DNA of 62,931 nt, filler included, from Octopus bimaculoides (Eukaryota): assembly GCF_001194135.2 (NCBI RefSeq). It is 4 parts of 4 records of this genome, joined end to end, with 100 filler letters (N's around TTAATTAATTAA, not from the genome) between each part and the next. Parts side by side here need not be neighbours in the genome. Positions count along the whole stretch, not along the records: positions 1 to 22,316 come from NC_069009.1; positions 22,417 to 46,149 come from NC_068989.1; 2 more parts are not named here. The stretch is one strand, 5' to 3'. Each line of letters starts with the position of its first letter. Within the stretch, counting starts at the first letter, position 1. Made by a program: the position numbers and the translations under genes. Shown here piece after piece: positions 12,651-24,807 of this stretch. The notes below the pieces were generated by a model. The model worked only from the letters and a program-made list of their open reading frames with translations. It was not told the DNA's origin and did not search any database.

Positions 12651-13837
12651 NNNNNNNNNNNNNNNNNNNNNNNNNNNNNNNNNNNNNNNNNNNNNNNNNN
12701 NNNNNNNNNNNNNNNNNNNNNNNNNNNNNNNNNNNNNNNNNNNNNNNNNNNNNNNNNNNNNNNNNNNNNNNNNNNNNNNNNNNNNNNNNNNNNNNNNNNN
12801 NNNNNNNNNNNNNNNNNNNNNNNNNNNNNNNNNNNNNNNNNNNNNNNNNNNNNNNNNNNNNNNNNNNNNNNNNNNNNNNNNNNNNNNNNNNNNNNNNNNN
12901 NNNNNNNNNNNNNNNNNNNNNNNNNNNNNNNNNNNNNNNNNNNNNNNNNNNNNNNNNNNNNNNNNNNNNNNNNNNNNNNNNNNNNNNNNNNNNNNNNNNN
13001 NNNNNNNNNNNNNNNNNNNNNNNNNNNNNNNNNNNNNNNNNNNNNNNNNNNNNNNNNNNNNNNNNNNNNNNNNNNNNNNNNNNNNNNNNNNNNNNNNNNN
13101 NNNNNNNNNNNNNNNNNNNNNNNNNNNNNNNNNTATATACAATCACACATGCACACATATATACAGATATAAATATATATACACACACTCACACTCATGC
13201 ACACACACACACACACACGCGCACACACACACACACACACACTGTAAATATGAGATAAGGAGGAGAGAAGAGATGAGGCCAAGTTTATATTTTAAGCAAC
13301 TGTTTTTTTTTTTTGTGGGGATGTTTTTTTTTTCATGTTTGTTTAGATGTTTTCTTGTTTTATTTCCTTCATCCATTCAATCATTGTCATCCTTGTAACC
13401 ATCATCACCATCACTGCCACCTCCATCACTTTCATCATTGCTATCATTGCCACAACCATCGTCAGCTTCCACAACCATCGCCAACACCATCACCATCATT
13501 GTCATCATCATCTCCATCACTAACATTACCAACAGGATCAGCCTTGCATTCATCGTCATCATCATCATCATCATCATTATACGCATCTACCTAAGTCTCT
13601 TCATCATCAACATCATCATAACCTTTATCACCACATCTACCACTGTCACCACCACCAACCAGCATCACCACTGGTCTATACTATATTTTGTTCATGTTCC
13701 ATGTAATTGAAAATGTGTTTGCGGGTGTCCCATTACACTGGTTTACATTTTTAGTTCAAATCCTGCAGGGTCACCATTGTCTTTCAACATTCCTGGTTTC
13801 GATGTATCAACCGTCCACCTCAGCGTGTGGCCTTTTG

Positions 13838-13990
13838 CGATCTGGCAGAATCGTTAGCAAGCCGGGCAAAATGTCTTTATGTTCCATGTTCAAACCACGC
13901 TGAGGTCAACTTTGCCTTTCATCCTTTCAACTGGTCCCCTCCCCCAAAATTTCAGACCATGTGCCTATAGTGGAAAGGATTATTATTATT
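13838..13990 (+). mobile_element. SINE family A (internally deleted)
   Basis: CTGGCAGAATCGTTAGCA...GGTCAACTTTGCCTTTCATCC, ATT tail. Confidence 0.8.
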
Positions 13991-13992
13991 AT

Positions 13993-14698
13993 TGAGTGAG
14001 AGAGCAGTGCATGCCATCAAAGTGACACTGGGGTAAAATATACGAAGCCCATTATACCCATCATGACTACCCGTCTGATAAGGGTACACCAGGTGCATGC
14101 ATCACAACCATATGTGTGCGACATGGTGATCTCATATCAAGATAAACAGCGCATGACCTCTCAGGTGGGGCCCAGTTAGAATTTTTTTCAAGTCGAGGAA
14201 CCCATCCCGCTCAAAAGGTCCCTGAATAAGGTTTGTTTAAGGATGTTGAGCAAAACACCCATGTTTCCAAAGGTGAATTATTCAAACCCCAAAGAATTCC
14301 TCTCAACACATGGCTATGATGCTCCCCCACTATTTCTGCTCATGATCAGAGATGCACATATCGTCAGCCACCAAGGGACATGCTCAACTGGTTAAGGTCA
14401 AACAACTGACAAGCAAATCTGTGGTATTAAGCAGAATATTTGCTGTAGCCCATCTTTTTATACCAAGACAAAACAATGTACATGATAACACTTCCAATCA
14501 ATTAAGATCAGAAGCCATGAGAGCCACTGCCTGGTACTGCATCCTGGCTGACATATCGTCAGCCGCCAAGGGACATGCTCAACTGGTTAAGGTCAAACAA
14601 CTGACAAGCAAATCTGTGGTATTGAGCAGAATATTTGCTGTAGCCCATCTTTTTATACCAAGACAAAACAATGTACATGATAACACTTCAAATCAATT
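13993..14698 (-). mobile_element. Non-coding interspersed element flanked by (TTA)n on both sides, with an internal 148-bp duplication
   Basis: Ends on the minus strand in CTCTCTCACTC(AAT)n; 14356-14504 is repeated at 14551-14699 (period 195). Confidence 0.6.
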
Positions 14699-15050
14699 AT
14701 TATTATTATTATCATTATTATTGTTATTATGGTTGATAAAATAAGTACCAGTTGAGCCCTGGGGTTGGTGTATGCCCTCCCTCAAGATTACTGGACTTGT
14801 ACCAAAATTTGAAATTCTTCTTCTTCTTAGTATTATTAGTACCTGTGCCTGTGGCAGATAAAAAGCACCCATTACACTTTTGGAGTGGTTGGCATTAGGA
14901 AGGCCATCCAGCCATAGAAACCAGGCTAAATTAGACTGGAACGTGGTGCAGCTCTGGGGCTTACCAGTTTCAGTCAAACTGTCTAACCCATGCCAGCATG
15001 GAAAGCAGATGCTAAACGATGATTATTATTATTATTATTATTATTATTAA

Positions 15051-15249
15051 GGTGGCAAGTTTGCAGATGTGTTGACGCTTAGCGGTATTTCGTCCATCTT
15101 TACTTTTTGAGTTTAAATTCCACTGAGTTTATCTTTGTCTGTCATCCTTTTGGAATTGATAAAATAAATACCAGTTAAGCGCTGGGGTCAATCTAATTAA
15201 CTTAGCATCCCTCCCCCAAAATTGCAGGTCTTGTGCCAAAATTTGAAAG

Positions 15250-15250
<1 letters not shown>
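15051..15250 (+). mobile_element. SINE family A
   Basis: Family A head and body followed by a long (TTA)n tail. Confidence 0.75.
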
Positions 15251-15303
<53 letters not shown>

Positions 15304-15307
<4 letters not shown>

Positions 15308-15755
15308 TAGTTTTATTTTTATAACGTGCTTTNNNNNNNNNNNNNNNNNNNNNNNNNNNNNNNNNNNNNNNNNNNNNNNNNNNNNNNNNNNNNNNNNNNN
15401 NNNNNNNNNNNNNNNNNNNNNNNNNNNNNNNNNNNNNNNNNNNNNNNNNNNNNNNNNNNNNNNNNNNNNNNNNNNNNNNNNNNNNNNNNNNNNNNNNNNN
15501 NNNNNNNNNNNNNNNNNNNNNNNNNNNNNNNNNNNNNNNNNNNNNNNNNNNNNNNNNNNNNNNNNNTTTTTGTTATGTATTTGTCTGAATATTTTTTTAT
15601 TAACCCTAAGGCACCTACTATGATAGGAATTGTTTCTGTTTTTAGATTCCACATTCGAGTTACCTCTATTTCCAGGTCTTTGTATTTTGAAAGTTTCTCC
15701 ATTTCTTTTAGGGAAACGTTGTCATCTGCTGGTATTGATACATCAATTAGAAAGC
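15304..15755 (-). mobile_element. 5'-truncated RLE-type non-LTR retrotransposon (R4/Dong-like) inside (TAA)n
   Basis: FLIDVSIPADDNVSLKEMEKLSKYKDLEIEVTRMWNLKTETIPIIVGALG fits the RLE motif D..P......K..KY..L; (TTA)n on both flanks. Confidence 0.8.
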
Positions 15756-15768
15756 ATTATTATTATTA

Positions 15769-15844
<76 letters not shown>

Positions 15845-16045
15845 GGTGGTGAGCTGGCAGAATCATTAGCATGCCATACTTAGCAGTATTTCATCTATCT
15901 TTACATTCTGAGTTCATATTCTGCCTGGGTTGACTTTACCTTTCATCCTTTCAGTGTCAATAAAAGAAAGTACCAGTTAAATACTGGGGTTGTTTTATTC
16001 AACTAGCTTCCCCCTCCTCCTAAAATTTCAATCCTTGTGCCTAGA
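15845..16045 (+). mobile_element. SINE family A
   Basis: GGTGGTGAGCTGGCAGAATCATTAGCA head and standard body. Confidence 0.8.
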
Positions 16046-16619
16046 ATAGAAAGAACTATTATTATTCATACTTACCCTTCTCTTAAAAAATTCCCTGGCC
16101 CTGTGCCAAACTGTGAAGCCATTACTATTATTATTAAATCAATTTGCTGGCAGAATTGTTAGAATGCCAGGTGAAATGCTTAGCAATGTTTTGTCCATGT
16201 TTATGCTCTGAGTTCATATTTCATTGAGGTTGACCAAATGAGCACTGGGGGTTGATGTAATTGACTTACTATAAGCACAAGGCCTGACATTTTGGGGGAT
16301 GGGGTAATCTGATTACATTGACCCCAGTCTTTCACAGATACTTAATTTATCGATCCTGAAAGGATGTGTGTGTGTATACACACACACATATTAATATATA
16401 GATAGATGTCTGTTTGTGTTTGTCCACCACCACCATCACCACCGTTTGACTACTGGTATTGGTTTGTTTACACCTCTGTAACTTATTGAAGCTTAATGAT
16501 ATAAGAACTGTAGCTGACTAAAATATTTCAAGGCAGTGCCCCAGCATGGCCACAGTTCATTGACTGAAACAAGTAAAAGACAGAAGAGTGATAGATAGAC
16601 AGACAGATCAGTGTGAAGA

Positions 16620-16905
16620 TGGGTAGCTTAGTGGTTAGAGTATTTGGTTCATGATTGTAAGGTCACGAGTTCAATTCTTAGCACTGCATTATGTCCTTGA
16701 GCAAGACACTTTATTTCATGTTATACTCCACTCAGCTGGCAAATATGTTATACTTGTAATTCAAAAGGGTTAGCCTTGTCACACAGCATGTCACGCTGAA
16801 ATTCCCTGAGAACTATGTTAAGGGTATGCTTGTCTGTGGAACGCTCAGCCACTTGAATGTTAATTTCATGAGCAGGCTTTTCTGTTGATCAGATCAAGTG
16901 GGACC
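16620..16905 (+). mobile_element. SINE family C
   Basis: GCTTAGTGGTTAG..GAGTTCAATTC..TGTCCTTGAGCAAGACACTTTATTTC, same tail as 7942-8268. Confidence 0.85.
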
Positions 16906-16919
16906 CAGACAGAGTCATA

Positions 16920-17017
16920 GGTAGATGGATAGACAGTACTGTCAGATGGATAGAAAGATAGACAGGATTGGCAAATTGAAGTATAGATAGATAGATAGAT
17001 AGATAGAGTTGTAGATG

Positions 17018-17062
<45 letters not shown>

Positions 17063-17159
17063 ATGGATGGATGGATGGATGGATAGATACACACGCATAT
17101 TATAGACAGGCAGATAGATAGATAGATAAATAGATAGATAGATAGATAGACAAATGTGT

Positions 17160-17196
<37 letters not shown>
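16920..17196. repeat. (GATA)n/(GGAT)n/(TA)n microsatellite
   Basis: Direct reading. Confidence 0.95.
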
Positions 17197-18145
17197 NNNN
17201 NNNNNNNNNNNNNNNNNNNNNNNNNNNNNNNNNNNNNNNNNNNNNNNNNNNNNNNNNNNNNNNNNNNNNNNNNNNNNNNNNNNNNNNNNNNNNNNNNNNN
17301 NNNNNNNNNNNNNNNNNNNNNNNNNNNNNNNNNNNNNNNNNNNNNNNNNNNNNNNNNNNNNNNNNNNNNNNNNNNNNNNNNNNNNNNNNNNNNNNNNNNN
17401 NNNNNNNNNNNNNNNNNNNNNNNNNNNNNNNNNNNNNNNNNNNNNNNNNNNNNNNNNNNNNNNNNNNNNNCTGCATGTCCTGAAGTAACCATCCGTTAAA
17501 TAGAAGACTTCACCACAACATAAGGGTGCATGGGGTGTAGGTGGGGACGGAGGGGGTGTCTGCAGTGTGGTGGTGTCAGTGGGTGGTGGCCATTAGATGT
17601 AAACACAACTCAAAACACAGTAACAGTGGGGGGGGGGCGAGGGAGGAGGGTGACGTCAGAAGGGTGGTGGTAATAGTAGTGGTGGTGATATTAGTGATGG
17701 TGGTGGGCTGTTGGTGACTATGGTGGTATTGGTGGTGGTGGTGGTGGTGGTGGTAGTAGTAATAGCAGTTGTGACAGTAGTGGCAGTAGTGGTAGTAGTG
17801 GTAGTTGTAGTAGCAGTGATGATGATGGTTGTGGTGTTTATAGTGGCAGTAAGAGTTAGTAGCAGTAGAAGCTAGTGGCAATGATGGTGGTGGTGATGGT
17901 GTGGTGGTAGTGGTGGTGGCAATGGTAGTAGTAGTAGTGGTGGTGGTGGGCATGGTGAGGTGTTGGTGGTAGCAGGGGAGGCTCACCACTGTGTTTTTTT
18001 AGCATGTTTCTATATCCTGTTATGTTGCCATGCGCCACTGCACGCCGATGCATGTCGTTGCACCAGGATTGAAACCCTCACCTTTCTTCCACTCCCACCA
18101 ATGTCCCAATGTTCTTTGATGTCATCTGTGTGCATATGTGTTTTT

Positions 18146-18192
<47 letters not shown>

Positions 18193-18292
18193 GTTACCCC
18201 TTTTCATGCTAGTTCACACTTCCACTGTCTACTTGAAGAAAAGGACNNNNNNNNNNNNNNNNNNNNNNNNNNNNNNNNNNNNNNNNNNNNNN

Positions 18293-18370
<78 letters not shown>

Positions 18371-18489
18371 TTACATATAATCTGCAATGGTGATTCATGT
18401 ATATGTGTGTATGTATACATGTATATATACATTCTTATATATGTGTGTATTTGGACACATGCGTAGTCATGTGGTAAGATGTTTTATTC

Positions 18490-18697
18490 TACTCTAGGCA
18501 CAAGGCCCAAAATTTTGGGGGAGGTGGCCAGTCGATTACATCGACCCCAGTGTATAACTGGTACTTGATTTATCGACCCCGAAAGGATGAAAGGCAAAGT
18601 CAACCTCGGCGGAATTTGAACTCAGTACGTAGCGGCAGACGAAATACCGTTAAGCATTTCGCCCGACGTGCTAACAATTCTGCCAGCTCACCGCCTC
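18490..18697 (-). mobile_element. SINE family A (well conserved)
   Basis: TCGACCCCGAAAGGATGAAAGGCAAAGTCAACCTCGGCGGAATTTGAACTC...CTGCCAGCTCACCGCC. Confidence 0.9.
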
Positions 18698-18711
18698 CCA
18701 TAGTACAAGTT

Positions 18712-18743
<32 letters not shown>

Positions 18744-18751
18744 TATTATTA

Positions 18752-18983
18752 TTTCTTTATTGCCCACAAGGGGCTACATACAGAGGGAACAAGCAAGGAC
18801 AGACAAAGGGATTAAGTCGATATTATATCGACCTCAGTGCATAACTGGTACTTATTTAATCGACCCCGAAAGGATGAAAGGCAAAGTCAACCTCGGCGGA
18901 ATTTGAACTCGGAACATAACGGCAGACGAAATACCGCTAAGCATTTCGCCCGACGTGCTGACGATTCTGCCAGCTCGCCACCT
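18752..18983 (-). mobile_element. SINE family A with alternative 3' tail
   Basis: Same head and body as the 18490 copy; tail GGGCTACATACAGAGGGAACAAGCAAGGACAGACAAAGGG also seen at 22195-22250. Confidence 0.9.
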
Positions 18984-19204
18984 TGTGTGGTAAGGATGTT
19001 TGTTTGTCAACCACGTTGTTTCGGGTTCAACTTCACTTACTGGTACCATGGGCAAATGTCTTCTATTATAGCCCCGGGTCAATCAAAACCTTGTGAATAG
19101 ATGGAAACTGAAAGAAGCCTGTCATGTGTGTACGTACATAATACTTACATACAGACACATGCAAATCTAGCACCCAAGATACACTCTCAGCTTCATGTCT
19201 ATTA

Positions 19205-19437
19205 TTCTTTTACTTGTTTCAGTCTTTTGACTGTGGCCATGCTGGAGCACCGCCTTTTAGTCGAGCAAATCGACCCCAGCACTTATTTTTCGTAAGCCTA
19301 GTACTTATTCCATCGGTCACTTTTGCCAAACCGCTAAGTTACGGGGATGTAAACACACCAGCATCGGTTGTCAAGCGATGTTGTGTTGTGGGGACAAACA
19401 CATACACACAACCATATACACACACATACATATAAGC

Positions 19438-19471
<34 letters not shown>

Positions 19472-19572
19472 GATGGGCTTCTTTCAGTTTCCGTCTACCG
19501 TGTCCACTCATAAGGCTTTGGTCAGCCCAAGGCTATTGTAGAAGACACTTGCCCAAGGTGCTACGCCGTGGG
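19205..19572 (-). mobile_element. SINE family B
   Basis: Reverse complement of 34208-34645; the head is fused to a family A fragment at 19582-19700. Confidence 0.85.
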
Positions 19573-20169
19573 ACTGAACCCAGAAAGGATGAAAAGCAAA
19601 GTCAACCTCGGTGGAATTTGAACTCAGAACGTAGCGGCAGACGAAATACCACTAAGCATTTTGCCCGGTGTGCTAATGTTTCTGCCATCTCGCCGCCGCC
19701 TTATCGCACAGCCATACTTGATATGTGGAGTATTTCTGTGATATCCATGAGGTCTGGATTATTTTTCATTAGTGCTTCAATTTGGTCTGGTCATCCTTTA
19801 CGACTGTAGGCCTGCCAGGTCATTCATGGTCTTACAGATTAAAATTTTCACTCCTAAACCTAGCAAACCGCTTACAATGGTCCTCTAAGCTTCAGCACAA
19901 TCTCCCTCCATAACGTACACAAGTCTTTTTTGCTGTTTTGTTATTTACTGACATGATCATAAGCTTAATCCTTCAGCATCCAGATTATTCTGTCGAATGT
20001 AATGCTTCTTTATTCACATTGATTTGAATTAATCCTGCTTTATCTCACAGCTTTGAGATTTTGATGAAGGAATTGTTTCATTTTAGAATGACATTGAAAG
20101 GCACTATTGAAAAGCAGGTCTGGCTGGTTTGAACGTGTCACATAATTTGTTACGTTCATTAAATTAGAT

Positions 20170-20326
20170 AACTGTGGCTGTGTGGTAAGTAGCTTACTTA
20201 CCAACCACATGGCTCCGGGTTCAGTCCCACCGCGTGGCACCTTGGGCAAGCGTCTTCTACTTTAGCATCGGGCCGACCAAAGCCTTGTGAGTGGATTTGG
20301 TAGACGGAAACTGAAAGAAGCCCGTC

Positions 20327-20362
<36 letters not shown>

Positions 20363-20665
20363 TGCCATCCGGTTTCACCAGTCCTCAGTCAAGTTGTCCA
20401 ATGGAAAGCGGACGTTAAACGATGATGATGATGATGATGATGTATGTATGTATGTATGTATATGTCTGTGTGTCTGTCTTTGTCCCCCCAACATCGCTTG
20501 ACAACCGATGCTGGTGTGTTTACGTCCCCGTAACTTAGCAGTTTGGCAAAAAAGACCGATAGAATAAGTGCTAGGCTTACAAAGATTAAGTCCTGGGGTC
20601 GATTTGCTCGACTAAAGGCGGTGCTCCAGCATGGCCGCAGTCAAAATGACTGAAACAAATAAAAT
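20170..20665 (+). mobile_element. SINE family B with a family D fragment in its central microsatellite
   Basis: GTGGCTGTGTGGTAAGTAGC head; family D tail at 20360-20440. Confidence 0.85.
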
Positions 20666-20952
20666 AAAAGTAAAAAAAGACAACAGTAAAAACAACATAA
20701 CAAACTAACAAATCTCTTTACGGTCCAGCAATCGTTTTCAACCAACCAACACCTTCCAACTTCACTGCCAACCAACATGAACTTCACTCGACTCCAAACA
20801 CTGAACTTGTGAGCTCACTCAGACCTCTACTATTTATACTTTACTCGGACCAGTCTATCTCTCGCAAGGAGGGGAGGGGGGGTCGGCGTCGTAGATCTCC
20901 TCACAACAGAACATAAGAGAGGCAGAATATGATACGGTTGGATATGGTCTGT

Positions 20953-21355
20953 TTAACCCTTAAGCATTTGGATTATTCTGTGAAACGTAATACTTATTGA
21001 TTCACATTGTTTTGAATTAATCATGCATTATCTTGAGATTTTGATGAAGAAATTGTTAATTTTTAGAATGATATTGTAGGGTAGGTGTGAGAAGCCAGAT
21101 CTGGTCAGGCAGAATACCTGGGCCAAAAATGGCCAGTTGAATCCTTCAACATCCAGATTGTTCTATCAAGTGTAATGCTTATTTACTTATGGTGTTTTGA
21201 ATCAGTAACACATTATCATTGTAGTTTTGAGATTTCAGTGGTGTGATTGCATATTTTCACAGTGACATTGTTTGACAGGTATGAGAAGTCAGATCAGGTG
21301 AGTTTCAGCATAAAACAGGGAGAAAATTTTGGACCGGATATGGCCAGTTTAAATG
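20953..21355 (+). mobile_element. Tandem copies of a short MITE-like element starting TTAA-CCCTT (possibly piggyBac-derived); partial copy at 19963-20150
   Basis: TTAACCCTTAAGCATT start; shared GTAATGCTTATTTATTCACATTGTTTTGAATTAATC and GGATATGGCCAGTTTAAATG blocks. The superfamily call rests only on the TTAA/CCC terminus. Confidence 0.55.
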
Positions 21356-21515
21356 TTGGTTTCAAATTTTGACACAAGGCCACTAATTTCAAGGGAGCGA
21401 GTAAGCCGATTACTTTGACCCCAGCACTCAGCACTTATTTTCTTGACCCTGAATAGATGAAAGTCAAAGTCAACCTTGGCAGAATTTGAACTCAGGAGGT
21501 AAAGATGGACAAACG
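21352..21515 (-). mobile_element. SINE family A
   Basis: GAAAGTCAAAGTCAACCTTGGCAGAATTTGAACTCAG. Confidence 0.75.
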
Positions 21516-22316
21516 TTCTGAGTTCAAATTCGCGAGAATTGACAAACAGGTGAGAAGCATCGCAAAACAAAAGCATACCAGGTGGCAGTACCAATTCAGT
21601 TGATGACACCAGCTGGTATACTGATGCCTGAGGGTTGCATCTAGTGGCTTGTAGCAGCAAAAGCCTGAACAATAATAGGCTGGTTCCACAGAAAACGTTT
21701 CCAGTTACTTTTGGGTACCACCTCATACATATATATATTAATAACTCTATTAGAGAGACTTAGAAATATTAATAACTCTATATCTAATTATTACAATTAA
21801 AAGGGTAAAGGATTATCAATTTATTAATAAATTAATAATTAATAATTTTTACCAAGCCCTTCGGTATGTAAGCACCATTATTGGTGTGGAACTTATTTAA
21901 AAGTTCTTATACATTTATAAACAAAATTAAGGGATCAGCAACAGGTTGCTTCACCACATACCGAAGTTCAGAAATAGCAGCTAAAAAAACTATGGCTAGT
22001 TTAGTTCGTTATTTTTCTTCTTGTTTTGCCTATGTGAGTTGCGGGTAACTGCTATCTGTTGGAGTTTCAGCATTTTTAGCTGCTATTTCTGAACTACGGT
22101 ATGTGTGTATATATATGCATATATATGGTATAATTATAAACGGAAAATTTCAGCTGTTTCTATACAATAGGCTTCTTTCAGTTTCCTGTTTCTTTATTGC
22201 CCACAAAGGGCTAAACATAGAGGGGACAAACAAGGACAGACAAAGAGGTTAAGTCGATTACATCGACTCCAGTGCGTAACTGGTACTTAATTTATCGACC
22301 CCTGAAAGGATGAAAG

Positions 22317-22416
22317 NNNNNNNNNNNNNNNNNNNNNNNNNNNNNNNNNNNNNNNNNNNNTTAATTAATTAANNNNNNNNNNNNNNNNNNNNNNNNNNNN
22401 NNNNNNNNNNNNNNNN
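22317..22416. other. Synthetic assembly spacer N44-TTAATTAATTAA-N44
   Basis: Exactly 100 bp; palindromic 12-mer with stops in all six frames; identical structure at 46150 and 59253. Confidence 0.95.
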
Positions 22417-22767
22417 TATATATATATATATATATATATATGCACAAACACACACACACACACACATATCTATAAAACATTCACATATTTTACACCATGT
22501 TTCTGAGGTGAATAAATGAAAATGTAACGTGATGTAAACACAATAATGATTAGTTGAATGTGTGATAGATTTTTCTAACAACGTTGTTTTTGTGATTAAC
22601 AATGCAATATCAATCTTGTCTTAACTATTTTTACACGAAAGTGTTTGTGAACTAATTTCTTTACATATTCTCACATAATTCACTGTTTTTAAATCGTTTG
22701 AAGAATTACCCTGAAAATCACACTTACAAAGCAGAAATCTCAGCTGCTGCTGCGGCTACTACTACTA

Positions 22768-22807
<40 letters not shown>

Positions 22808-22858
22808 GTAATGCTGCTGCTGCTACTACTACAACTACTATTACTACTGCTGCTGCTG

Positions 22859-22934
<76 letters not shown>

Positions 22935-22935
22935 C

Positions 22936-22989
<54 letters not shown>

Positions 22990-23402
22990 ATTGCTGCTGC
23001 TGCTGCTGTTGCTGCTGCCGATGATGATGATGGTGATGATGATGATGATGATAGTGGTGATGATGATGATGATGATGATGGTGGTGATGATGATGATGTT
23101 GATGATGATGATGATGACGAAGATGATCATCCTACTGGTCTCGCTGCTGTTGCTGCTTCTGATGATGATCATGATGATCATGGCAATACAGCACGTGCAC
23201 GCATGCGTGTGTGTTCGTGTGTATACGTGTGGGAGGAGGGAAGGGGCCTACGTGTTGATTTGCTTTCATGTATTACTTCATTTCCATTACATAATTTCAA
23301 ATTATTATTACTCTAGCTTCAATGTAATTCGATATAATATATTCTAATACATGGAATACTTAGGCAAATATTACACGCAATTATAGTCGTTTATTTGCGA
23401 AA

Positions 23403-23439
<37 letters not shown>

Positions 23440-23521
23440 CATATATATATTTATNNNNNNNNNNNNNNNNNNNNNNNNNNNNNNNNNNNNNNNNNNNNNN
23501 NNNNNNNNNNNNNNNNNNNNN

Positions 23522-23549
<28 letters not shown>

Positions 23550-23552
<3 letters not shown>

Positions 23553-23810
23553 ATAGGAAGGACAACAAAAGAAAGAGAGACCTCGATATTATGTAAATAG
23601 AGGCATTTATCTGTAAACATATGTGACACCTATTCCGTAGCCATGATAAAACTCCGAGTTTCGGATGCCGGGGTAGGAGCCCACGCCAACATCTCTTCAG
23701 TTATCCGGCCATTGAAAATTCCTGTGAAAAATGACCGTTAAACAAAGGGAAATTACTGTGTGGTGACCGTCATTAAGATAAAAGATCTAATAGACAGCTA
23801 AGTAAGGTAA
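23550..23810 (-). mobile_element. Retroelement remnant carrying a hammerhead motif (probable Penelope-like pseudo-LTR)
   Basis: Contains the type I hammerhead at 23641-23708 and abuts (TA)n; the PLE assignment is inferred from the known PLE-hammerhead association. Confidence 0.55.
23641..23708 (-). ncRNA. Type I hammerhead ribozyme candidate
   Basis: Minus strand reads GAUAA-CUGAAGA-GAUGUUGG..CCGGCAUC-C-GAAAC-UCGGA-GU-U-UUAUC: both core boxes, stem I 5 bp, stem II 8+4 bp, short stem III, GUU cleavage triplet. Confidence 0.7.
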
Positions 23811-24320
23811 AGGTAAGGGAGTAGGGAAGTATATAGGTTCGCGTAAGCGCACCAATCCGTACATTCGCCTATATTTATATACTAAAACTACCTTCGCTTT
23901 AAACACACTCATGCTAACCCACATACTCACCAAACACACTCATGCGCACCCACATACCCGCCAAAGAATATACATATATGTACATATGCATACACGCATA
24001 CACATCGACACTCACACACACACACAACAACCCAGCACCCATACACACGCACGCAAAATAAATTCGATTATATAGGGCTAAAAGCAAGAAACAGTGTGGG
24101 AAAGCTATAAGGTTAAAACGCGTCTAAAACTGCGCATATTTTCGCATGCACGCACCTATATCTATATACGCAACGTACCCGCACACACGCACACTCTCAC
24201 AAGTGCGCACATAAGGTTCCATGTACGTGTCTATAAACGCACAGGAAAAAAAAAACAGGGTGGAGGGAAGAAAGCAGAAAAATATGTGTGGAAAAAATAC
24301 AAAAACATTAACTCTATAAT

Positions 24321-24555
24321 TATGTAAAAAATATTAAAAAATATATAAAATTATGAAATCCAAGTAAAAAGTATAGAAGGGTAAAAAGCTTATACATAGA
24401 CACAATATCGAAAGCAAATCCTATCAGTACAGTCCTATCAGCAAGTCCTATGAGTAAAAATATGAAAAAATATATAAGAAATGTAAGTAAGAAGTATAGA
24501 GAGATGAAAAGCTTATACGTGGACACAAAAATAGAAAGCAAGTCCTATCAGTAAA
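24321..24555. repeat. Diverged tandem duplication (about 125-bp unit)
   Basis: AAAAGCTTATAC.T.GACACAA.A..GAAAGCAA.TCCTATCAGTA occurs twice. Confidence 0.75.
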
Positions 24556-24564
24556 CTCAGTACA

Positions 24565-24760
24565 AAAAAATTCTTAAATATATCTCTTGAGTATATATAT
24601 ACTACCAAGCATTTTCTGTTGAATTACTCTCTTTTAAACTGTTTTAAACACATTCTTATTATTANNNNNNNNNNNNNNNNNNNNNNNNNNNNNNNNNNNN
24701 NNNNNNNNNNNNNNNNNNNNNNNNNNNNNNNNNNNNNNNNNNNNNNNNNNNNNNNNNNNN

Positions 24761-24807
<47 letters not shown>

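Noticed and set aside
6369-13600. Poly-His, poly-Met, poly-Ser and poly-Thr ORFs
   Set aside because: Open in several frames and on both strands because (CAT)n/(CAC)n lack stops; no splice or domain support.
14525-14545. Short match to the U2 snRNA 3' stem (CCTGGTA.TGCA)
   Set aside because: Only about 12 nt with no further U2 similarity.
18082-18125. Minus-strand 44-nt exon-like stretch encoding WDIGGSGRK (small-GTPase G3-like)
   Set aside because: Good donor but purine-rich acceptor, and no other GTPase motifs found; likely chance.
21850-21890. Minus-strand CCAATAA-stem-GAAG hammerhead-like arrangement
   Set aside because: Several core mismatches; cannot be supported from this copy.
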